Shown piece by piece: positions 17,781 through 26,634 of a stretch of DNA of 49,273 bases (position 1 is the stretch's first letter; every line of letters starts with the position of its first letter). This DNA comes from Clostridia bacterium (GTDB lineage: Bacteria; Bacillota; Clostridia; Christensenellales; UBA1242). Location of the stretch: the NCBI GenBank assembly GCA_017452165.1, contig JAFTMY010000035.1:1-49273 (forward strand), given 5' to 3'. Below the pieces are notes generated by a model. It saw nothing but the letters and a program-made list of their open reading frames with translations. It searched no databases and had not been told where the DNA came from. The position numbers were made by a program, and so were the translations under genes.

Positions 17781-20429
17781 TTATTGTTTTTCTTGCACAG
17801 TTTGTTGATTTTTTGTCGTTGTTTTTGGAGAATTTTCTTTAAGTTTATCTGATTTCCAAATTATACATTGTTCATCTTCACTATCTCCTGAATGAGCAAG
17901 TGCTCCTGTGCCATATTCAGCATAATTAATTGCTTTAAGGTTTGGTTTTAATTCGTATTCGTGATTAAAAATAAGTTCTCTGCTTAAATCATTTAGATTC
18001 ATACCAACATTAACTTGCATAAGTGGATTGTCGGGATTTTCTTTGTTATATTCTTCAATAAATCTTTTTACACCTAAGATATATTTTTCATAAATTTTTT
18101 GTTTTTTATCAGGCAAAATATCAGCAGAAACTTCAACATTACTAAAAACACCATAACCTTTTTCTTTGTTTAAATAGAGTGTTGATTTTGCTATAATTTC
18201 ACCATTACTATCTTTTATTACTAAGTTTTGAATAGTTGGGTGAACAATACTTGCATGCATAATTCCAAATCCCATTCCCTCTAAATGCGCACAGCAAGAG
18301 CAAAGTTTACCTAAGATAAAGTTTTTTGGATCATTTTTCTCTAGCCACTCAAAAGTAAATTCGTTATTTGCTGTTTTGATGAGTTCATCTAAAGACCTTG
18401 TTGCTGAGTTCCCAATTTTTCTTGCCATTTTATCAATGCTTGCAAATGGTAAGTTTTTTGTATCTTCTAAAGTCTCTTTTAAAGGAGCACTTAAAATGTT
18501 ATTAGGAACATTTTCATCTTTTCTAATTTTATCAATTCCGATTGCAAGATTAAAAGTTCCTTGGTCATTAAAATATGGAGATATTGTTCTAGCAATTTCC
18601 ATATTTTCTGAAGTAACATTGTTAAACATACTTGTTTCAAAATAGTCTTTAAATTTTTGAACAGTAGGTTTAAGTTGTCTTTGACTTCCACGATTGCTAG
18701 TGTTTGTCTTTTGGACATCTTCAAACTCATTGTAACACTTAGCAATAAAACCTTTTCTTTTATTTTCTTGAGCCATAAGTTCATCAAAGTTTGAAAGGAA
18801 AAAGTCAGTAAAATCTTTTTTAAAACCAGTGAGACTCATATATCTAAAACTATCACAAAGTCCATTAATAGTAATTTGTTTTTTATTTAGTCTTTCAAGT
18901 AAAAATTCAGAAACTTTTTGTGCATAATCGTATTTTTTGCCATTAATTTCTTTTGGTGTGCTTAAAGCACCAAGGTTAAAAAGCATTAAATAAAAAGGTG
19001 TTTTATTATCCATACTGTTTGATAAATCAAACTTTTTAAGAAATGTAAAGTTATGAGATTTTAAAAGATTTTCTGCTAAAACAGAGCCTCTATCCAGTAA
19101 AAAAGTATTGTATAAATCACAAATATTTGGATTTTTTTGTTCTTTTAAAATAGTATCTTTGTATTCCCAGTGATTAGATAAAAATGCTAAATCAACTTTA
19201 ATTTCATCAAGAGGAATAGAATCTTTATTTGCGTAAGAAGTGAGAGAAAATCCATCACCATCTAAGTTTTTATTAAAAAATTTAAGAGATGAGTTTCCAA
19301 CTCCTTTGATGGATTTTGCTTTAACAGGGAAGTTTACTTCTTCAAGGTTATAGCAACCTTCAAAAATTTCTTTTCCGATAATTGTTATTTTTTCAGGAAT
19401 ATTAATCGACCTAAGAGATGAACAACCTTCAAAAGCTCTACCTTTAATAGCAGATACATTTTCAGGTAATACGATTGTTTCAAGAGATGTGCAGTTTTTG
19501 AAACATCTAGGGAAGATATTTTTTAAACTTTTAGAAAGTTTTATATTTTTTAAACTAGTGCAATTTTCAAAAGTGCTTTCACTAAGAACTTCGAGGGAGT
19601 TTGGAAGTGAAATATCTGTTAAACTTGTGCAGTTTGCAAATGCTCTAAGGTTAATATAAATTAGTCCGTTTGAAAATTTAACCTTTGTAAGGTTTGAACA
19701 GTTTTCAAAAGAACTTGCTTCAATAGTTTTTAAAGATTTTGGAATACTAACGCTTGCAAGGTTTGAGCAGTCCATAAAAGAACCTTTGCCAAGTCTAACT
19801 AAGTTTTTTGGTAAATTAATTTTTTCTAAAGAATCACAACCTTTAAATGATTCATCTAAAATTCTAATAGTTTTATTTGGAAAGTGAATATTTTTTAGTG
19901 ATTTGCAATTACTAAACGCAAGTTCATCAATATCTTTTACATTTCGAGATATTTTAATATTTTGTAAATTAGTGCAATCACTAAACGCACTATGATGAAT
20001 TCTTCTAACTGATGGTGGAAGGTTAACTTTTTTTAAAGAAGAACAACCAGCAAATGCTGAATCATTAATATCTTTTAGTCCAAAAGGAATAGAAATACTT
20101 TCAAGAGAGGAGCAACCTTCAAAAGCAGAAAAGTTTATATTATTTACAGTGCTTGGGATATTTACATTTTTAAGGTTAGAGCAGTTTTTAAATAAACTAT
20201 GAGCAATGAGTTTTAAGTTTTTGGGGAGTGTGACACTTTCAAGATTTTGGCAGTCATAAAAAGCCCCAACTCCAATACTGTAAACAGAGTCTGGGATTAT
20301 AATTGTTTTTAAATTAGGAAGGTGTTTAAAAGTTCCTTCATTAATAACTGAGGCTTTGCTTGGAATCGTAAAAGTTCCGTTTATAATTTCTTCATCTCTA
20401 ACTCTTTGTAATCTATTTCCATCAAGCAT
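17781..20429 (-). CDS. P7: LRR + conserved family C-terminal domain protein (first gene of the five-gene operon)
   Basis: The ORF-track start at 20438 is a GTG that lies inside the AAGGTG RBS. The ATG at 20427-20429 sits 6 nt after that RBS and gives MLDGNRLQRVRDEEIINGTFTIP. C-domain motifs are CYNEFEDVQKTNTSNRGSQRQLKPT and ILGKLCSCCAHLEGMGFGIMHASIVHP. Confidence 0.88.
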   Translation of the reverse strand: MLDGNRLQRVRDEEIINGTFTIPSKASVINEGTFKHLPNLKTIIIPDSVYSIGVGAFYDCQNLESVTLPKNLKLIAHSLFKNCSNLKNVNIPSTVNNINFSAFEGCSSLESISIPFGLKDINDSAFAGCSSLKKVNLPPSVRRIHHSAFSDCTNLQNIKISRNVKDIDELAFSNCKSLKNIHFPNKTIRILDESFKGCDSLEKINLPKNLVRLGKGSFMDCSNLASVSIPKSLKTIEASSFENCSNLTKVKFSNGLIYINLRAFANCTSLTDISLPNSLEVLSESTFENCTSLKNIKLSKSLKNIFPRCFKNCTSLETIVLPENVSAIKGRAFEGCSSLRSINIPEKITIIGKEIFEGCYNLEEVNFPVKAKSIKGVGNSSLKFFNKNLDGDGFSLTSYANKDSIPLDEIKVDLAFLSNHWEYKDTILKEQKNPNICDLYNTFLLDRGSVLAENLLKSHNFTFLKKFDLSNSMDNKTPFYLMLFNLGALSTPKEINGKKYDYAQKVSEFLLERLNKKQITINGLCDSFRYMSLTGFKKDFTDFFLSNFDELMAQENKRKGFIAKCYNEFEDVQKTNTSNRGSQRQLKPTVQKFKDYFETSMFNNVTSENMEIARTISPYFNDQGTFNLAIGIDKIRKDENVPNNILSAPLKETLEDTKNLPFASIDKMARKIGNSATRSLDELIKTANNEFTFEWLEKNDPKNFILGKLCSCCAHLEGMGFGIMHASIVHPTIQNLVIKDSNGEIIAKSTLYLNKEKGYGVFSNVEVSADILPDKKQKIYEKYILGVKRFIEEYNKENPDNPLMQVNVGMNLNDLSRELIFNHEYELKPNLKAINYAEYGTGALAHSGDSEDEQCIIWKSDKLKENSPKTTTKNQQTVQEKQ

Positions 20430-20458
20430 AATATTCACCTTAAAATTTTATTTATATT

Positions 20459-20487
20459 ATTATATAATATAAGAGAGTAAATTTCAA
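20459..20487 (-). promoter_or_regulatory. sigma-A-type promoter of the P7-P3 operon (TTGAAA-17-TATAAT)
   Basis: On the minus strand, TTGAAA lies at 20487-20482 (context GGGTATTGAAA), followed by a 17-nt spacer and TATAAT at 20464-20459. Confidence 0.55.
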
Positions 20488-20562
20488 TACCCAAAATAAG
20501 TTTTTTTAAGCAAAAAATGACAGTTATTTACAAAATAAGAATGTAAAGAATAATTTTTTGCA

Positions 20563-20608
20563 TAAGAAAAAGCACCAAAAAAGATTAAGGAACTCCTTTT
20601 TGGTGCTT
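20563..20608 (-). terminator. rho-independent terminator after the small ORF downstream of P8
   Basis: The 12-bp stem AAGCACCAAAAA (20570-20581) pairs with TTTTTGGTGCTT (20597-20608). On the minus strand it is followed by TTTTCTTAT. Confidence 0.65.
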
Positions 20609-20636
20609 TAATTTTTAATTAATAACTAAAAATTAA

Positions 20637-20897
20637 TTATTCTTCATCATCACTTTCAGCATCACTCGCTTCTTTAAGTTGTTTAGATTTTTCGTTAAGA
20701 GCAACGAATCTTTCATAAACTTCTTTATATTTTTGTTCGTGAATTTTTATTCTTTGTAAAAGGTCTTCATCATTAGGATTGTTAGCATATTCTTGCTTTA
20801 AAACAGCAGTTTCTGCTTGAAGATTGTCAAAAATCATAGATAACTCTTCAAGTTCATCAAGTGTTTTTATAAATTCATATTTAATAAGATCGCTCAT
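20637..20897 (-). CDS. small acidic coiled-coil-like protein (86 aa), overlapping the 3' end of P8
   Basis: The ATG at 20895-20897 is preceded by AGGAGA at a spacing of 8 nt. The first 17 nt overlap the P8 tail (P8 stop at 20881-20883). The sequence is helical and E/K/Q-rich and ends SDAESDDEE. A terminator follows directly. Confidence 0.6.
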   Translation of the reverse strand: MSDLIKYEFIKTLDELEELSMIFDNLQAETAVLKQEYANNPNDEDLLQRIKIHEQKYKEVYERFVALNEKSKQLKEASDAESDDEE

Positions 20898-23800
20898 TTT
20901 CTTCTTCTCCTATATCTAAAATTGTGAATTGAGATTCATCACTATCTCCATCATGACCATATTCTTGTGGACAATACTTTGAGTAGTTTACTGCATGGAG
21001 TAAGTCTTCTGCTCTTTTGTTGTGTTTTTCAATTTGGTTGGTTAAGTCGTTTAAGTGCATACCTACATTAATTTTTCTAATTGGGGAATCTGGATGTTGT
21101 CTGTTATATTCATCAACAAATGCTTTAGTTCCAAGCAAATATTTTTGATAAATTTTTTGCTTATCTTCTTCATAGACATCAATACTAACTTCAACATTAT
21201 TAAATACACCATAGCCTTTCTTTGGGTTAATGTAGAGTGTTGATTTTGCAACAATTTTGTCATTTTCATCACGAATAACTAGAGTTTGAATATTAGGGTG
21301 GGTAATGCTTGCACGCATAATTCCATATCCAGCACCATGAAGGTGAGCACAACAAGAGCAAAGTTTTCCAAGAATAAAGTTATCAGGGTCATTTTTCTCA
21401 AGCCAGTCAAAAGTGAATTGATTTGATGCTGAGTTTAAGTTTTCAAATGTTTCACTCTGATTATTATATATTTTTTCTGCGTAATTATCAATTAAAATAA
21501 ATGGGTCTTCGAGAGTTTTTTCAGTTAAATGCATTCCTAAGATATTTTCAGGTGTGCCTTTTAACTTTCTTTCTTTTTCAATTGAAACAGCAGTATCAAA
21601 AGAACTTTGTTCTTTAAAGTAAGGTGAAATTGCATCAGCAATTCCTTGAGTTTCTTCGGTTAAACCATAAAATTTCTTATCTGCAAAATATTCTTTAAAT
21701 TTTTCAACAGTAGGTTTAAGTTGTCTTTGACTTCCACGATTACTTGTGTTAGTTTTTTGGACTTCTTCAAACTCATTGTAGCATCTAACAATAAAGTCAG
21801 TTTTATATTTTTCTGCTTCCATTAGTGCGTCATAGTTTTTGATAAAGAACTCAGTAAATTCTTTATTGAAGCCTTTATTTTCCATATTTTTAAAAATTTG
21901 AGTAAATCTTTCTATGCAGACATCATTTTTTTCAAGTTTAAGTTTAATAAAACCAGTGATTTTTTGTGCATAGTCAATAGTTTTTCCATTTTCTTCCACA
22001 GGTTTTTCGAAGCAACCAAAGTTATATAGTGCTTTGTAAAAATCATATTTTTCGTTAAATCCATCTTTAACATTTAATTGTTTAAAGAAAGTAAAGTTAT
22101 GTGATTTTAAGAAATTATCAATATTCTCTTGTGGTAAATCAAGTAAAAATGTGTTATAAAAATCACAAACCTTAGGATTTAATTGTTCTTTTAAAAGAGA
22201 ATCTTTATAATCCCAACCCTTTGTTAAAAAGGCAGGGTCAAGTTTTAAATTATCCAATGAAATAGAATTTTCTTGTTTTTCATGAGAGAGTTTAAAGCCG
22301 TCATCAGTTTTAGTATAGAATTTAAATTCTCCAACATCTTTTGCAGAAATAACACTCTTTGGAATAGAGATAGATTCAAGCATATTACATTGTAAAAATG
22401 CATTTTTACCGATATAAGAAACACTTTCAGGTATTTTAACATTTGTTAAATTTTCACATCTTTCAAATGCACATGCACCTATAATATTTACACCATTTTC
22501 AATTTCAACATTTGTAAGATTTAAGCAATGTTTAAAAGAGTTATTTCCAATTTTTAAAACTCTGCTAGGTATTGTAACATTTTTTAAATTTTTACAAGAT
22601 TCAAAAGTTGATTCTTCAATAGTTGTTAGTTCCTTAGGGAGTTTAACAGTTTCAAGAGAATAGCAGTTTTTAAATGCACGTTGCTTAATTGTTTTTAAAT
22701 TATCAGGAAGCACAGCATTTTTAAGTGATTTGCAATTTTCAAACGCACTTTCATCAATGAGGTTTAAATTATCTTGAAACTCAACATTTGTAAGAGAGAT
22801 GCAATCTTCAAACGCACTCGCTTTAATTTGCTCTAAATTTTTAGGAAGTTTAATACGATTTAAACTTGTGCAAGAGTCAAATGCTCTTGTTTCAATATAA
22901 GTTACATTGTCGGAAATATTTATATTTTCAAGAGATTTACAATCTCTAAAAGCGTGTTCACCAATATATGAAGCATTTAAAATATTTACATCTTTTAGAC
23001 TATAACATTTATAAAATGCACTATCTGGAATATTTTTTAAATTCTTTGGTGTTTCAATAGATTTTAAAGAAGTGCAATAAGTGAAAGCATTTGATCCAAG
23101 TCGCTTAAGGGATTCAGGAAGGTGTATACTTTTTAAATTATCACATCTTTCAAAGGATTTTTTTCCAATATATTCAACAGAATTAGGAATATTAATTCTT
23201 TTTAAACTAGAACATATGGCAAAGGCGTTATCATCAATTGATTTAAGTGAACTAGGAAGTTCAACTTTTTTAAGTGAGTAACAACTATCAAAAGTATTTG
23301 CTTCGATTTTTTCTATACCTTCAGGGAGTTTAATAGAAGCAAGTGAGTCACAATTTTGAAAAGCATTTTCTTTAATAATTTTTACATTTGATGGAATTTT
23401 GATATGTCTTAAGTGATTACATTTTGTAAAGGCATAACTATCAATCTTTTTTAGTGATTCAGGTAACAAAATATGTTTTAAATTATAGCAATTTTGAAAG
23501 GTTGATTTTTTTATTTGTTTAATACCCTCAGGAATTTTGAGAGATGTAAGATTAGCGCAACCTTCAAATGCACTATCACCGATGTATGAAACAGTTTCAG
23601 GAATTTTTAAATTTTTAAGTTCATAGCATGCATTAAAAGCATTTTCTCCAATATGTGTAATTTTATCTGGTAAAATAATATTTTTAATTTTACCACAAAA
23701 ACTAAAAGATTTGTTACCAATATGAGTAACACTACTTGGAATAGAAACTTCTTCAAGATTTATGCAAGCCTCAAAAGCACTATCAGGTATTTCTTTAACA

Positions 23801-24639
23801 AAATGAGGAATATTCATTTTTGTAATACTAGCACAATTAAAAAATGCGTTATCGCCAATCTTTTTAAGATTTTTTGGTAGATTAATTTCTTTTAATTTTT
23901 CACAATTTGCAAAGGCAGATTCTCCAATATCAGTAACTTTTTCAGGAATTTCAATATTGTTTAAGTTTTTACAACCTTCAAAAGCAGATTGATAAATAGT
24001 TTTTACTTCATCAGGAATAACAACTGATTCAAGAGAGTGACAATTTTTAAATAAGCCGTGTGGTAAATATTTGCTACTGAGTGGGAGATTAATATTTTTA
24101 AGATTTGTGCATTTTGAGAATGCATACTCTCCAAGATGATATACGCTTTCAGGGATACGAATGCTAGTAAGTTTTGAGCAACTCTCAAAAGCATTTGTTC
24201 CAATATCTTCAAGTCCATTTGGAAGTGAAACTTCAGTAAGAGCAGTGCAGTTTTTAAAAGCATCTTCGGAGATGAGTTTTACATTATCAGGAATTTTAAT
24301 ACTTTTTAGACCAAAGCAATTTTCAAAAGCAGAAGGGTAAATACTTTCAAGTCCTTCAGGGAGTTTTACAGATTCTAGGTCAAAACAACCACTAAAAACA
24401 TTTTCATTTAAAACTTTTAAATTAGTTCCATTAATTGTAACAGTTCTAAGTCTAGTTAAATGTTTAAATGCTTCTGGCTCAATATTTTCAATATTTCCAG
24501 GAATTATAAGTTCTTTTATAAAATCGCAATTTACAAATGCTTTTTCGCTAATAGATGTAACATTTTCTGGCACGAAAAAAGAACCATTTATAAGGTCTTC
24601 ATTTGTTACACTAGTAAGTTCGCCATCATTTATAATCAT
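20881..24639 (-). CDS. P8: LRR + conserved family C-terminal domain protein (1252 aa; longest LRR array)
   Basis: Complete ORF. It has the N-cap MIINDGELTSVTNEDLINGSFFVPENV, ~770 aa of LRRs and the C-domain motifs CYNEFEEVQKTNTSNRGSQRQLKPT and ILGKLCSCCAHLHGAGYGIMRASITHP. Confidence 0.92.
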   Translation of the reverse strand: MIINDGELTSVTNEDLINGSFFVPENVTSISEKAFVNCDFIKELIIPGNIENIEPEAFKHLTRLRTVTINGTNLKVLNENVFSGCFDLESVKLPEGLESIYPSAFENCFGLKSIKIPDNVKLISEDAFKNCTALTEVSLPNGLEDIGTNAFESCSKLTSIRIPESVYHLGEYAFSKCTNLKNINLPLSSKYLPHGLFKNCHSLESVVIPDEVKTIYQSAFEGCKNLNNIEIPEKVTDIGESAFANCEKLKEINLPKNLKKIGDNAFFNCASITKMNIPHFVKEIPDSAFEACINLEEVSIPSSVTHIGNKSFSFCGKIKNIILPDKITHIGENAFNACYELKNLKIPETVSYIGDSAFEGCANLTSLKIPEGIKQIKKSTFQNCYNLKHILLPESLKKIDSYAFTKCNHLRHIKIPSNVKIIKENAFQNCDSLASIKLPEGIEKIEANTFDSCYSLKKVELPSSLKSIDDNAFAICSSLKRINIPNSVEYIGKKSFERCDNLKSIHLPESLKRLGSNAFTYCTSLKSIETPKNLKNIPDSAFYKCYSLKDVNILNASYIGEHAFRDCKSLENINISDNVTYIETRAFDSCTSLNRIKLPKNLEQIKASAFEDCISLTNVEFQDNLNLIDESAFENCKSLKNAVLPDNLKTIKQRAFKNCYSLETVKLPKELTTIEESTFESCKNLKNVTIPSRVLKIGNNSFKHCLNLTNVEIENGVNIIGACAFERCENLTNVKIPESVSYIGKNAFLQCNMLESISIPKSVISAKDVGEFKFYTKTDDGFKLSHEKQENSISLDNLKLDPAFLTKGWDYKDSLLKEQLNPKVCDFYNTFLLDLPQENIDNFLKSHNFTFFKQLNVKDGFNEKYDFYKALYNFGCFEKPVEENGKTIDYAQKITGFIKLKLEKNDVCIERFTQIFKNMENKGFNKEFTEFFIKNYDALMEAEKYKTDFIVRCYNEFEEVQKTNTSNRGSQRQLKPTVEKFKEYFADKKFYGLTEETQGIADAISPYFKEQSSFDTAVSIEKERKLKGTPENILGMHLTEKTLEDPFILIDNYAEKIYNNQSETFENLNSASNQFTFDWLEKNDPDNFILGKLCSCCAHLHGAGYGIMRASITHPNIQTLVIRDENDKIVAKSTLYINPKKGYGVFNNVEVSIDVYEEDKQKIYQKYLLGTKAFVDEYNRQHPDSPIRKINVGMHLNDLTNQIEKHNKRAEDLLHAVNYSKYCPQEYGHDGDSDESQFTILDIGEEENERSY

Positions 24640-24671
24640 AAAAATAGTTCCTTTAAGATTAATTTAAAAAT

Positions 24672-24700
24672 AGTATACAACATAAATAAAAAAATAACAA
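24672..24700 (-). promoter_or_regulatory. sigma-A-type promoter of P8 (TTGTTA-17-TATACT)
   Basis: On the minus strand, TTGTTA lies at 24700-24695 (context CTCTTGTTATTTTTTT), followed by a 17-nt spacer and TATACT at 24677-24672. Confidence 0.55.
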
Positions 24701-24973
24701 GAGCAAGTTTAAAAATATTATAAATAATTATTTATAAATACTAAAATAATGTAAAAATAAAGTTAGTAATCTTTTTATAAAAAACAAAACTTAGATTTGT
24801 TATGTAATAATAAAAATTAAAAATAATAATTTTTTTTACAAAATCCACTAAAAATATAAAATTTAAGAAATATATAGCATAAATTTTACAAAATAAATAA
24901 AAAAGGTGAAAAAATATTTGTAATTAATCTATAATTTATGACATAATATTTTTATAAAATAAGAGGTATAATT

Positions 24974-25807
24974 ATGAAAAAAACAGTTGTTGCTATTTGT
25001 TATGATTTTGATAATACGCTGTCAGTTAGTGATATGCAAAGTTTTTCTTTTATTCCTAACCTTGGTATGTCAGTTGGAGACTTTTGGAGTTATGTAAATA
25101 CCTATGCTAAAAATAACAAGATGGACGGAATACTTAGTTATATGTATTTTATGATTCAATTTTGTAAAGAAAAGGGAATAAAACTTACAAAAGAATATTT
25201 AAATTCGCTTGGAAAAGATATTGAATATTTTAAAGGTGTTACAACTTGGTTTGATAGAATTAATGCTTATGGTAATGAAAAAAATATAGAAGTTGAACAT
25301 TATATTATAACATCAGGTAATAGAGAAATTATTGAAGGAAGTGAGATTTTTGACAAGTGCAAAGAGGTTTTTGGTTGTGAGTATTTATATGGTGAAGATG
25401 GAGAGGCGATTTGGCCAAAACACATAGTAAACTATACTCAAAAAACTCAGTTTTTATTTAGAATTTGCAAAGGTGCTTATGATATTACTGATGAGAAAAC
25501 AGTTAACCAAAGAATAAAAAAACGCCATGTGGAATTTAGAAATATGATATATATGGGTGATGGTCTTACAGATGTTCCGTGCCTAACACTTATAAAAGAA
25601 AAGGGTGGAAATTCTATTTCAATTTATAAGCCAGAAACTAAAGAAGTGAGCGAAAGACTTATAAAAGAAAATAGAGTAAATTTTGCATGTGAAGGGGATT
25701 TTAGTGAAAATTCACAGGTTGAAAATCTTGTAAAACTTATTATCGACTCGGTATATTATCGTGAAAAACTTATTAAAAAAGAACAACAACTTAAAAAATT
25801 TAATTAA
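24974..25807 (+). CDS. HAD-superfamily hydrolase
   Basis: It has the motif I DxDxT (ICYDFDNTL) at the N-terminus and the motif IV GDGxxD (YMGDGLTDVP). An AAGAGG RBS precedes it and its own terminator follows. Confidence 0.75.
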   Translation: MKKTVVAICYDFDNTLSVSDMQSFSFIPNLGMSVGDFWSYVNTYAKNNKMDGILSYMYFMIQFCKEKGIKLTKEYLNSLGKDIEYFKGVTTWFDRINAYGNEKNIEVEHYIITSGNREIIEGSEIFDKCKEVFGCEYLYGEDGEAIWPKHIVNYTQKTQFLFRICKGAYDITDEKTVNQRIKKRHVEFRNMIYMGDGLTDVPCLTLIKEKGGNSISIYKPETKEVSERLIKENRVNFACEGDFSENSQVENLVKLIIDSVYYREKLIKKEQQLKKFN

Positions 25808-25904
25808 TAATTTAAATTATATAAAAATAACAATAATTTTTAAAAAATGAAAGTAAAATTATAAAAAATAATACTATTTAATGTTATAATAATAAAACAA
25901 AAAT

Positions 25905-25943
25905 ACACCACTTAGTTAAGTATAAAATTAAGTGGTGTTTTGT
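25905..25943 (+). terminator. rho-independent terminator after the HAD gene
   Basis: The 10-bp stem ACACCACTTA (25905-25914) pairs with TAAGTGGTGT (25929-25938), followed by TTTGTT. Confidence 0.6.
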
Positions 25944-26042
25944 TATGTAAAAAAAATTATTCTTATTACTAAATATGATTGCAAATTTATAATATTTTTA
26001 TAACTATTGGAAATAGAAAAAAATATTATTTTTAATTTAATA

Positions 26043-26071
26043 TTGACTTGATTAATGAAATATTGTAATAT
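26043..26071 (+). promoter_or_regulatory. sigma-A-type promoter of the Nudix-to-kinase operon (TTGACT-17-TAATAT)
   Basis: TTGACT lies at 26043-26048, followed by a 17-nt spacer and TAATAT at 26066-26071. It sits ~55 nt upstream of the 26125 start. Confidence 0.5.
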
Positions 26072-26124
26072 TATGTAAATGTAGTTTATTATATAAAATA
26101 TAATAAAGGTTTTTGGAGGATAAT

Positions 26125-26607
26125 ATGATTTCATTTAATGTGGGAACTTCTAAGTTTAATTATAGAGTTGCTGGTATTTTTATTGATGAAAAAAATAAAA
26201 GATTTTTAACAAATACTGCAAAAAATATTGATTTTGTAGTTCTCCCAGGTGGTAGAGTTGAGATTGGTGAAAGTTCTATTGAATCACTTAAAAGAGAAAT
26301 GGTTGAAGAACTTGGCGCTAATATTTCAATAGTATCTCTTAAAGCAATTATTGAAAACTTTTTTAACTTTGACGGTTATGATTATCACGAACTTCAATAT
26401 GTGTATGTTGCAAAATTTGAAGATGAGTCTATTCAAAATCATACAGGCGAATTTATTGGTATTGAAGCAAAGGATTACTATGAATGGTTTAGTTTTGAAG
26501 ACCTTGATAAAATAAACTATAAACCAATTATGCTTAAAAGTGCAATTAAAGAAGCACTTAGTGGTGATTTAACTTTTAGACATATTATTCATAAAGGTAA
26601 TGGTTAA
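26125..26607 (+). CDS. Nudix hydrolase
   Basis: It carries the Nudix box GGRVEIGESSIESLKREMVEELG (GX5EX7REUXEEXGU). The ORF-track start at 26113 is a TTG inside the GGAGG RBS. The ATG at 26125 follows GGAGGA by 4 nt. Confidence 0.85.
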   Translation: MISFNVGTSKFNYRVAGIFIDEKNKRFLTNTAKNIDFVVLPGGRVEIGESSIESLKREMVEELGANISIVSLKAIIENFFNFDGYDYHELQYVYVAKFEDESIQNHTGEFIGIEAKDYYEWFSFEDLDKINYKPIMLKSAIKEALSGDLTFRHIIHKGNG

Positions 26608-26634
26608 TTTAGAAATTTGTTTTAGCGAGGGAGT

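Noticed and set aside
24640-24973. The long AT-rich intergenic regions (24640-24973, 25808-26124, 32953-33192, 35813-36058, 39296-39513) as possible tRNA, sRNA or riboswitch loci.
   Set aside because: No cloverleaf-compatible GC-rich stems or recognisable riboswitch cores are visible. The content is explained by divergent or tandem promoters and terminator hairpins. sRNAs cannot be excluded without expression data.
26113-26124. N-terminal extensions in the ORF track, with starts at 26113, 28657, 33139, 39463, 44073, 44176, 45513 and 20438.
   Set aside because: Several of these track starts are TTG or GTG codons lying inside the Shine-Dalgarno sequence (26113, 28657, 44176, 20438), and the others (33139, 39463, 44073, 45513) lie upstream of the RBS in promoter or leader DNA. 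In each case an ATG with proper RBS spacing lies downstream. For the family members, that ATG restores the conserved N-cap.
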